This document shows positions 13,614-24,225 of a DNA stretch of 64,000 nucleotides, one piece after another (the first letter of the stretch is position 1; every line of letters begins with the position of its first letter). Below the pieces are notes generated by a model, which was not told the origin of the DNA, did not search any database, and saw only the letters and a list, made by a program, of their open reading frames with translations. The position numbers and the translations under genes are program-made. This stretch comes from Camelus dromedarius (Eukaryota): the NCBI RefSeq assembly GCF_036321535.1, contig NC_087436.1, forward strand, positions 12,028,001 to 12,092,000, in the 5' to 3' direction.

Positions 13614-14289
13614 AATGAAATGTAAATTTCTGGAAAAATATTTTATTAATTAGACACTAGGTCAAAGTTTCTCCACCTGAGAACTAGAACTGTCAGGGGT
13701 TCCAGGACAGTGACAGTAGGGTAGAAGGGAGCTGTCATTCTCCTCCAGCCTTTAGGAGCTTCCGCAGGCTGCTCCTCTTATTTGTCATTGCCCCTTCTCA
13801 CCCCAAACACACTTTTGTGGACCAAGGGGTCTATTCTTTTTCCTTCCTCCTTTCCTTTCTTTTTTTCCTTTCCTTCATGTTTATAGTTGGGGGATTACAG
13901 TGGTAAAGTAATAAGTAATGAGCCCTGTCTTCTAAACCCACAAGCAAGATGCTATGCATGTAGATACTTACAGGAAAAAAATGGGGAATCTGAAACCGTA
14001 TCACAGTGACCATATTATATTAATTCAACGTATGATGTGATAAAAACTACATGTAATTAAGGCTGAGAAATGCTTACAGAAATCACTCCACCACCAAACA
14101 GAGAATCAATATCGTATAAATTCTATATTCAATGATTTATTATGTTGCTCATTCTAAATGTTAATATGGAGATAATTAATTTTTGAGAACACAGAATGAC
14201 CACTTTGAAGACCCCTCTGTAAATAACCTTTCATTAAATGACATCTAAGAAAGAAATAACATGTTGGTTTTGTGCCAACGTTTAGAGGT

Positions 14290-14410
14290 TCAGAGGTAAA
14301 AGTCACCTTAGAAACATTTCACACAAACCTCTCATTTTATAGATAGTGAAAGTGAATTTGAGAGAGTTTAGGGCAAATGTGACTTGCCTATGTTCACATG
14401 GCCAAAACTA
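14290..14410 (-). mobile_element. MIR SINE fragment
   Basis: cctctcattttatagatagtgaaagtga...gtgacttgcctatgttcacatggc resembles the reverse MIR core. Confidence 0.55.
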
Positions 14411-14572
14411 AAAATGATCTCTAAACGAGTGAGATTCTAATACAATGTGATGTATGTCCTATAATAATGAGACTAGGATTAATATTTCCCTGGAACTGCC
14501 CATTTCTATTCTCTCTCTCTGCCATCTTCCTATACTCTTTATGGACTGCATGTGTGTCAATTAAAGTTGCTG

Positions 14573-15078
14573 TTTGTTTGTTTTTGTTTTTGTTTTTTAG
14601 ATTCCACATATGAGTGATCTCATATGGTATTTTTCTTTCTCTTTCTGGCTTACTTCACTTAGAATGACATTCTCCAGGAGCATCCATGTTGCTGCAAATG
14701 GCATTATGTTGTTGGCTTTTATGGCTGAGTAGTATTCCATTGTATAAATAAAAACAAAAGCAAACAAACAAACAAAAACAAAGCGTAAATACAGGACAGA
14801 AATAGACTCATAGACATAGAACACAGACTTGTGGTTGCCAGGGGGGTGGAGGGTGGGAAGGGATAGACTGGGATTTCAAAATTGTAGAATAGATAAACAA
14901 GATTATACTGTATAGCACAGGGAAATATACACAAAATGTTATGATAACTCACAGAGAAAAAAATGTGACAATGAGTGTGTATATGTCCATGAATGACTGA
15001 ATAATTGTGCTGAACACTGGAATTTGACACAACATTGTAAAATGATTATAAATCAATAAAAAATGTTTAAAAAAAATT
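14573..15078 (+). mobile_element. Young 5'-truncated, 5'-inverted LINE-1
   Basis: About 14573-14748 is antisense L1 ORF2 end (MEYYSAIKANNIMPFAATWMLLENVILSEVSQKEK on the minus strand); about 14750-15076 is sense 3'UTR with AATAAA and an A tail; TSD aagttgctg at 14564-14572 and 15079-15087. Confidence 0.92.
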
Positions 15079-15700
15079 AAGTTGCTGGATGGAAAATATG
15101 AAAAGAAGAATAAGTCACAGCCCATCTTTTAAAAAAAAGAGTCTCACAATCATGATGAAGAGACAGAACATGAATGCATGAAAATAAAAAGTAAGAGAAG
15201 AAACACAATACCAGGCAGTGGAGTCCAGCCCCTTCCAGCTGAGTTCTAATTGATGTCTCTCTTGACTGCATCTTTACCCCTTGAAGCTTTCTCATCAAGG
15301 CTACATGAAAACCTTCTAGAGCACCTCCTTGAACCATACTCTTTTTCAACTTGAAATTATCAATGGATGTCCCTTCAGAAAGAATGTACAACTACTTAGT
15401 CAGGTAAGCAGCACGAAACACAGCATGACCCTCCTTCCACCCATCCTCCAAACTTGTTTTCCAGCTTTATGTCTCACTATTCACCTAAAATGGAGTTAAC
15501 CTTCAGCTAAATTACATACCACATTGTTGCCTGAACATGCCTATTTTTAAAAAAAATTTGCCTCCCTCCTCCTATTTATACCATGCTGTGCTGGGTGCCC
15601 TTTCTACACCTCTGTCTACTGAAATTTTGCCATGATCCACAGCACAGGGTGCATGCTGCCTTTTTCATAAAGCTTTTCTTGCTCAGTCACGAGTGATCTT

Positions 15701-15968
15701 GAACATACATACATTCACACATATATTCATTGTCACATTCTATTTTGCTGTGAGCTACCACAAGATCTTGTATATATTTCTCTGTGCTATACTGTATAAT
15801 CTTGTTTATTTATTCTACATATGCCTGTCAGTATCTACAAATTTTGACAATGAATATATGTATGTTCATGTATAACTGAAAAAATTGTGCTCTACACTGG
15901 AAATTGACACAGCATTGTAAACTGACTATAACTCAATTTTTAAAAAATGTTAAAAACAATTTTTAAAA
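15701..15968 (+). mobile_element. Young 5'-truncated, 5'-inverted LINE-1 (3'UTR only)
   Basis: About 15701-15845 is antisense 3'UTR; about 15845-15968 is the sense 3' end with an A-rich tail; TSD agtgatctt at 15692-15700 and 15969-15977. Confidence 0.9.
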
Positions 15969-16289
15969 AGTGATCTTCTGGTGCTTAGACCATCTTTCTT
16001 TAGAGATATGGTTATATGTTTTGAAGCACTTAGCACATTTACCCTTGAATTACACTTCTTTTATTTCTCCTAATATAGTGTATGTTCACTGAGAACTGGA
16101 AATATCAACCTCTGATTCACCCATATTATTTAGAAAAATACCTAGGACAGGTTTTATTGTAGAAAATTTCAGAAACTAATTTTATAAATACTCATTAAGA
16201 AGTTTAATATTTATCTGGCCAAGTTTCTCATTCAGTAAGAACTAAAAAGGAGAGTTGTTTTTATTTTTGAACAGTTGTAATCAAAGAAA

Positions 16290-17240
16290 ATCTTTTCAGG
16301 ACTAGGTAAGCAAAGATTTATTAACACAAGTAAGCATGTGCCATACAAAATTTTTTTAATTGAACTTAATGAAAAATAAAAACAACTGCTCTGTAAAAGA
16401 CAATACTAAGAAAATGAAAAGTCAAGCCACAGGCTGAAAGAAATGGTCACAACACATGTGCCTGACAAAGGACTTGAATCCAGAATCTAGGAAGAATTCT
16501 CGTGATTCAACAAGAAGATGAGCAAAATAAACGAGTGGAGGGATATCTGAGCAAACACCTCACAGGAAGAACATATAAATGGCCAGTAGGCTCAGGGACA
16601 GATGCCAAACTTCATTAGCCATCAGGAAAATGCCAATTAAAAGCACAAGGTGCTACTACATACCCATTAGACAGGTCAAACAGAACAAAACTTCGACAAT
16701 GCCATCTGTGCTGAGTAAGCGTAGCAATCGAAACCCTCATATGCTGTTAGTGGGGGTGAAAATGGTAAATTACTTTAGAAAGCAGTTTGTCGATTTCTTG
16801 TAGTTAAGTGTACACATTTTGTACAGACTCATTTACTTCGCTTTTAGGAATTTTTTGAAGAAAAGATGAAAACATACAACCACAAAAAGACCTGTACACC
16901 TGTGCTCATGGCAAATTTACTTACCACAACCCCAATAATAAAAACAACCCAAACGCCTATAAACAGAATTAAATAGATAAACAAATTGTGAAATACGCAT
17001 ACAATGGAATATGTCTCAACAATTTAAAAAATTGATGCATGCAAGAAGGTGGGTAAATTCCCAAATCATGAAGTTGAGTGAAAGAAGCCAGACAGAAAGG
17101 AATACATATTGTATAATCCATTCTCTTGTGGCAGAAGTGGTTGCCGTTCTGATGGTGGAAAGAGGATTAGCTGCAAAAGGGCCTGAAGAAGCTTTTGGGT
17201 GTGATGGAGATGCCCTGCGACCTGGCTGTTGAACATGTGT
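16290..17240 (+). mobile_element. Ancient LINE-1 3' fragment (L1MD/L1ME-like)
   Basis: aaaatgaaaagtcaagccacaggctg, ctgacaaaggacttgaatccagaat, cattagccatcaggaaaatgc, gttgagtgaaagaagccagaca. Confidence 0.85.
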
Positions 17241-17479
17241 GACTTCACAGTGTAAAAGAAAAAGGCCATATTCACCTCTGCAAAGGGTGGATGCCCTCCC
17301 ACAGGAAGTCTACTCATTTGTACATTATTAATTATGAAATATGTCCCATTATTTCAAGTTAAATATGCTGAACTAGTAAAAATTTACTAGTATAAACTTA
17401 AGGTCACTTTGTTACAATTGCAGCAGAGCTGAACATGAAAGAGAAACGTGTAGTTTTAAAGCTAATTTTCCAAAACTCT

Positions 17480-17750
17480 TGGGGCAGATGTTTGGTATAA
17501 GGAAGTGTCTGGAGTTTAGGGTAGGAATGTGAGGCAGGTACCGTATATTACACAGCAGCTGTATCATTCCCTAATTAAAATATTAATATTTTGTAGTGAA
17601 ATATGAAAATGCATATGAAGTAAGTTAAAGACTGTGTGCAGCTTCATGTTTGCTGGGAAGCCAAGTCAGTTCTAGTACCACACTCATCCAAAACTTTGTT
17701 TCTAAACATTTTTGGGTTTTGGAATTGCAAAGAAAGTTCTGTGGAACTAT
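17480..17750. mobile_element. Possible ancient non-autonomous Tigger-like DNA transposon remnant
   Basis: The end ttttgggttttggaattgcaaagaaagttctgtggaacta resembles old Tigger termini; heavily decayed. Confidence 0.3.
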
Positions 17751-18211
17751 AGTTCAATGTACCAATAATTCTTAACATGGCTCAACAATGAACTTGCTTG
17801 CTGTATTTCAAGATTATATAAGCGGTTGTAACAAACTGGTCCTTTTGTCACGCGTAGAAATCTTGGCCAACGTTAAATTGGTGGCACCTGTTTGAGTGGG
17901 AAACTACCACCCCAGCCAAAGATAAAGTTTCTGCTTTTGGTGGACTTACTATGAGGATGAAGCTGCATTTTTTATTTAAATGTAACATCCTTCTGCTATT
18001 AATTTTATCTTTTAAATTTGACCCTGTATCACAAAACTACAAAGCAATGAAGAATCTTTCTGCAAAAAAACTAGCTTTCCCCAATAAAATGAAAAAACAA
18101 AAAGGTCAACAAGAAACTAAAGACATAAAATATTAAAATTTTCATTAGAATCATTGTTTAGTTTTCATTCAACTGGACCTGATTTCTTCTGTCCTGTCCA
18201 GGGCTTATTGC

Positions 18212-18270
18212 TGTGTGTGTGTGTGTGTGTGTGCATGGGCATGTGTGAGTGTGTGAGTGTGCATGTGCAC
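18212..18270. repeat. (TG)n microsatellite with a degenerate extension
   Basis: tgtgtgtgtgtgtgtgtgtgtgcatgggcatgtgtgagtgtgtgagtgtgcatgtgcac. Confidence 0.9.
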
Positions 18271-18319
18271 ACGTTTGACTTTGCCCCTAAGGAAACACTA
18301 GTAAACATGGTGTGGTGCA

Positions 18320-18565
18320 GAGGTAATGTGATATAATAACAAAGAGCATGGGGATGGGGCTTAGTAAACCTGATCATAAATTTCAGGTGCTCTTTTTAAA
18401 GCCTTGTGACAGAAGATAACTTTTAGTTTTTCTGAACCCAAATTTTATCATTTGTAATCTGAGAGCTATAAATAAAACTTTTCAGGATTGTTTTTAGGAG
18501 AACATGAGATACTGTCGATCATCCAACACAGGGTAGGCACGTGATAAGAGGTAATTCTGATAATA
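18320..18565 (+). mobile_element. MIR SINE
   Basis: aagagcatggg...ctgaacccaaattttatcatttgtaat...caggattgtttttaggag...aacacagggtaggcacgtgataag. Confidence 0.65.
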
Positions 18566-19419
18566 AGTTTACTCCAATATTAAAACCTTAGAGAAATCTA
18601 TGACTGATTGAAAAGGCAAGTGTAATTGTGTTAGAGATCAGCTTAAAACCTCACCTTGTGAAATGTTATTCTGCTTCTCCCTGCAAGACTCTTACCTTTT
18701 TTCAACACTTGAATTTGGCAAGAACTATATTTGATAATGTTTGAGGAAACTGCACACGACTCTGCTATTTTACAATATGCCCTAAAAGCCCATGGTCAGG
18801 AACTAAAATCCAACTAGTAAAAAAAGGTTCAGAATTCTAGCAGAACAGGAGAACATTTTCTCACTCGGTAGGAAAGATGTAAATTGTAACTGGAAATCAT
18901 TAAAAATTAAGGTTCTGATTGGATTTTGATGTATTGAATAAAATTTAACTCTTTATAAGGAAGTTTGACTATATTATCTGATGATGCAAATGAGGAAGGG
19001 TGTCATTATAAAACGTCAACTGTCAACAATCCACTAAAGTCCATTAAGCTATTTATTATTGGAATAATTATTCCAGATTGGTTACTTATATGTCAAACAC
19101 AGTTAAGCAGTCGACTTAGTTCTCTTTTATTTATTTATTTGTTCATGATTCAGTTCTTACAGGAAATCCTATCCAGGTCATCATAACACAATTGAAAACA
19201 GCTGATAATGAAAAGAATGCTAATTGGTTTCCTCTCTCTTATCACTGATTTGTACACAAACTATTGTTTCCACATTTTTCCTCTTGTTTGTATCCAACTT
19301 CTCTGTATATCTAGACTTTAAAAATTTTGGGAAGTAATTATGAACTAGCGTAGCATTGATAAGCTTTATGGAGTAGCAGACTATGCAATGAATGTGAACT
19401 AGAAATAGTGAGTTTTAAG

Positions 19420-19530
19420 TCATTGGATCAAATATTTATTGAACAAGCACTAAGCCAAGTGCTAACGACAAAAAAGAAAAGATTCAGTTTTTGCCCTTTG
19501 GGAACCAGAGTTTAGTAGAGGAGATCTGTA
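19420..19530 (-). mobile_element. LINE-2 3' end fragment
   Basis: caaatatttattgaacaagcacta...gtttttgccctttggga...tttagtagaggaga. Confidence 0.5.
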
Positions 19531-21574
19531 AACAAACAAAATGCAACACGTTCAATAACAGATCGTAGCCAAAGTAACAAACATTTAGACAAGTAATAAA
19601 CATGCTGGCCAGCAGAGGTGTGGCCATGACACCACTCAGACCCTGTGCTCTGCTCTAAAACTTCTGTGGCCAAACCATCGTTGCCTCAAGTTGGGTGAGC
19701 CAAGCGCTATCTATCAGTCCCTCAACTCCGCCTCCTTCAAAAAGACTGTCAGGACTAAATTCACAAATTCCCAGGCTTTTACTTCCTGTTTAATTCAGCC
19801 CATATCTAAAGTCTCAGTGACCTCTTTTAAAAAAAAAACAGCATAATCTATTGCCAAAAAAAAAAATCTATTTTGTACTGCATTATACTTTTACCTTCCT
19901 GAGACAACTTCACCCAGCCCCTCCTCCTTTACCTTTCTCTCCCTTCACGCAACAGTACCTCCTAAAAGATCTATTCCATACTGGAAAAATTCCTCTATAC
20001 CATCGACTTCTGTTCAGAACATTCCTTCCACCTCTGCCTCAACTGGACCCTGATTCTCTTGAGAGCCTAGTTTCACCTGCAGGAAGTGGCTTTTATTTCT
20101 GTCACCTCCATGTATTAAGCGTGAGCAGTAAGGGTAGCAGACCCCAGGCATCTCTTTCCCACTGTCCAGGGAGCACTCCTGCTGTTGGGAGGCTTGCCGC
20201 TCAGTCCTGTCACTCACTCCCATCCCTTATGGGTGGCCCCTGCCAACCACTCACTAACTTCACCTCCTTCACTGAACACCTTCCTTTTCATCCCAGATTC
20301 CTGCTAGCATCCTGTAAAATTTCCAGATCCATGATCTTCCACTCCTATTCAGGACTCTAATCACTTGTTTCCAATGTTTTCCTCTACTTCACTCTGATAT
20401 ACATTCTTAAGGCCATAATCTGGACTGGCCATAATCTGAAACTAATAAAATTTAACTCATCATCAGTTCATAATGAGTTTATTTTTTCAGCTAATCTTAT
20501 GATGACTACTCTTCAATCTTTTCAGGATCTTTAGTTCTTTGTCCCTTCCACATTCTGTACCCTTACCCTAAGCCTAATTCTAACCTAACCATAAGCACGA
20601 CCATGGCCATGACCACAACCATTACCATAATCCTTATCTTTACTGCCTTCCTGTTCAGCTTAGATTCCATGGTCCATTATTTCAATTATTCTTTTTTTTT
20701 CCCTTGAAAACTCCAATTCCTTCTGTTTCTTTTTTTTCATTGCATTCATTTAGCAAAACTAAATTCAAAAAAAAATCCATTTTCTGTGTCTTTGGAAGCA
20801 AATTATACTGGAGGAAGTAACAAACAGAACAAAATAACACTATAAATTTATCATCACTGACCTCATCTAGATTGTTAACAAATCTCTCACTGGCCTCCAT
20901 TATTCACGTATTCTATATTTTTCTCAATATCTATTTGCACCACACCCAGACCCATCATTTTTCCAGCCCAGGTGAATTTACTTTCAAAAAGAAAAATGGA
21001 AGCTATCAGATGAGAGCACCCTTAATTCCTAGGCTCTCAGCCTATAAACACAATTGCATTTGCACCCACCCTATTCTCTTTCCCTCCTGTTCAAATAGAA
21101 GCAGGGTTGCTCCTGACCCCGTTGAAGGCCAGTCCTCCTGCAGTGCCCTAGATTCAGTCCCCTCTCACCCCCCAGGAAGAATGCTCTACTATTCCACTGC
21201 TCTAGGGAATCAACCTCCTTCTTTCTCAAATGAACCCTTCTTATAAGTATTTAAAGAGTTATTTTTATTTTAAAAATAAAACAAAAAACAAAAAAAAATT
21301 CCCTGGACCCCAGTTTTACTTCTGTCATCTTATCTCTTGTCTTCTCATAACCTTGACAGTCAAATTTCTTGGTGTTGAGAACCCTCCCTGCCTGTATCCT
21401 TTTCTTACCCACTGCCACCAGTTTCGTAACATACTCTGCTGAGCCCCATGTTCTGCTGCTCCACCAACACAGCTCTTACTACCATCAACAATGGCCTCCA
21501 TGCCAATAATCCAAACACCAATTTCTTATTGCATGGCCTACTTTTCTCTGAGTACTGCTGACCACTTTTGGTTA

Positions 21575-21843
21575 GAAGTTAGTATAAAGTAGTTGTTAAA
21601 TCTGTGGGCTCTGGAGTCAGACAGCCTGGGTTAGATTCTTGGATCTGCCAATTACTAGCTGGGACTTAAAGCAATTAATTAAAAATAATCTCTATGACTC
21701 AATTTCCTTCTTTGTAAAGCAGAGATAAAAAAAATAGTACTTACTTCACAGGAATGTTGTAAGAATAAACTTAATGAATGTTTATAAATTTCTTAGACCA
21801 TAGCTTGGCATCGAGTAAGCTCTCAATAAAGGTTACTATTAAT
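21575..21843 (+). mobile_element. Near full-length MIR SINE inserted in L2
   Basis: gggctctggagtcagacagcctgggttagattc...ctcaatttccttctttgtaaa...agcttggcatcgagtaagctctcaataaaggttactatt; flanked by tgaccact at 21559-21566 and 21849-21856 (possible TSD). Confidence 0.9.
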
Positions 21844-21929
21844 TTTCTTGACCACTCCTTCCTTCTTGAATAACTCTATTTTTTTCACCCCTAAACTTCA
21901 CATTCTCTTGGTTTCAGTAGATGGCTGTT

Positions 21930-22530
21930 TATGTCTGCCATGGAGACCATACAAAAAGGAAAATGACATGATTAGGGATTTAACAATTTCAATTCAAATA
22001 GATGTTCTTATGGTCCTAAAAGAACGCATACTTTTGTATATATGTATTTATTTTTATTTGTTTATGGCAGAGCAGAAATGGCTGAAAATTAAACTCAACA
22101 TTTAAGTATCTGGGTTAGTTATAAAGTCAAAATATAAGGTATATTCACAGACTATCAAATGTCCTTCAGTGAAAATTAGGGCATTGATAAGGAAGAGTGC
22201 GGATATTTGGGAAGACGTGAACAAAGATTAAAATCTTGAAGCTACTTTAAGCTTTCTTTCAGTGGGGTACTGATTCTCCTCAAAAACTTATCTGTACCAC
22301 TCCTATGGTGTCTAGACCTATAACTAGAAAGACTTGAGTACATTCCAATAAGGACAAGTAAAAAATCTAACCTAGGAAGAAATAGGTTACACTCCAAAAG
22401 ATTATTTTTCTCGGTTATATTGGTATAAACCTAGGGGATATATATGAGAATATATGTAAGAGTTACAAACCAAGGAGGATGAAATACTGGATCAAGCCAA
22501 ACTAATCAACATGAGTGTACTTATTTCTAG
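21930..22530 (+). mobile_element. ERVL/MaLR internal (gag-like) remnant
   Basis: gtgaaaattagggcattgataaggaag..gatatttgggaa (VKIRALI..DIWE), ctagacctataactaga and tggatcaagccaaactaatcaacatg resemble ERVL-class gag. Confidence 0.6.
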
Positions 22531-23429
22531 ATAATTATGGTAAATGGAACAAATAAAAGTGTTCTCTTTGTGCCTCAGTTTTTCAGTATGTCTCAAGGCT
22601 CAGTTCTGTTTCAAATAGCTCTCCAGATGATATTATCAATATGTGGTCTTAAATATTGTTTATTTTCTAATAAGTCAAATATATATTTCGTATCTGTCTT
22701 CTCTGAGCTCTTGACCTTTAGATTTCAAACAATCTCCTTAAAATTTCCGTTAGAATATTTGAGAGAGAGAAATTTCAAACTCTATATATCTAATGATCAA
22801 CTTATAATTTATCTCCTAAAGACAGTTACAATAGAGTGTTCCTCCAATGTAAGTGGCTAAACTAACCATTTGCATCAGTGAGAAACCTGGGATTGACTGT
22901 TGACACTTCCTTTATTTCCACTGCCAATAGTCAGTCACCACGTCTTGTCTTTTTACCCTTTAAATAGCTTTCTAAATCACCCACTGTTCTCATTTTCATA
23001 TTTCCTCATTCCTTGACGTTTTCAGCACCTGACTCACTATTACTCTCTTCAACGTTTCAGTATGGCGGAATCTAAATTGCTTGACTCTCTCTCACTGATC
23101 TTCCCCCATCTCAGACACAGGGTCTTGCTCTTGTCTTTGTAAATGGCAACATGGCAGCTCACCCAAATTTTCCATTTCAAACATCTTATTCTCCAACCAG
23201 CACCTCCTATCTTGCCAGCTAATATTCACCAGCATGGCAACTCTAACAATCCTTTCACCACTCTGGCACCTCAGCATATCAGCTCTCACGTCTTCGCACT
23301 CCATGCCCTCGCTTTTTCCTTATCCAGCTTAAATTCATGGTCTGTCATAATCATTCTTCACATGTGCTCTGAACCGTTGCCTTTCTCTCACTTTTGCTTG
23401 GTCTCTGTGTGCTTCGACAGACCAGGTCT

Positions 23430-23845
23430 GTCCTTTCCACAGAGACTGACTAACAGCTCACCAAGTCTATTTCCCTTCCCCACTGGGTGCAAAGTTAGAC
23501 AATCTTTCCCAGCCTCTGTTGTAGCTATGGCATTGAATTTTTAACGCAGAAATGCTGCATATCCCTCCCAGGCCTGGCATAAATAAAATTTTTGAGATCC
23601 TCCTTTTTCTCTCTCCTCCAATTTCCCAACCGGGTGTCAAGATCCTAACTTTGTAGCACCTGTTTTGACCTTCTGTCCACTGCGAACGTGGAAAGATCCA
23701 GACGCACAACTTCAGATACTACCTCTGCTGCCACGTCCCACTCCCAATTAGACTTAAGGTCACTGATATATAAATGTCTATTGTGTTAGCCACTAAGAGT
23801 TCACAGTTAACCCGTCACAGCAGCTGGCATTACCTTAACAAATAG
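23430..23845 (+). mobile_element. MaLR solo LTR (old MLT1, J-like)
   Basis: tttcccagcctctgttgtagcta...tccaggcctggcataaa...tattgtgttagccactaagag...cacagcagctggcattaccttaacaaata. Confidence 0.7.
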
Positions 23846-24225
23846 AACCACTGGAGAACCATGCCTGTAAGAAACACACAGCTGTGCCGACTGGCCTCAC
23901 TTTTAACTTTGTGATCACTAATCTTAACTGTGGCCTAACATTGACACTAAATTTCCCTACTCCATTCGGTGTCCTAATCTCCTAGATCATAATTCAGACT
24001 TTTCCTATTTCCTCAAAACTCACACCTGGTCTAGCTACAAACCTCATCATCAATACATTCAAAATATACGCAGAATTTAACACTCCTTGACCCTCAGGCC
24101 CAAGCTCTCTTCATCTATTTCTGCTGACTAACTGGTCTCTCCTTTTGGGCACGCAACACAGCAGCCAGGTGATCCTGTTTAAATGCAAGGCAAATCATTC
24201 CAGATCTCAAACCCCTCAATGGCTT

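Larger units (their letters stand above)
20000..24225 (+). mobile_element. Fragmented LINE-2 sequence (one or more copies) interrupted by MIR, ERVL-internal and MLT1 insertions
   Basis: Pyrimidine-rich L2 ORF2-like motifs: cagcttagattccatggtccattat, ccaccaacacagctcttact..caacaatggcctcc, tgaccactccttccttcttgaa, agaaacctgggattgactgttgacacttcc, cacagcagccaggtgatcctgtttaaatgcaag. Confidence 0.7.

Noticed and set aside
19851..20360. The longest ORF in the track (169 aa)
   Set aside because: Non-ATG start, Pro/Ser/Leu-rich composition from pyrimidine-rich L2-like sequence, and no splice or homology support.
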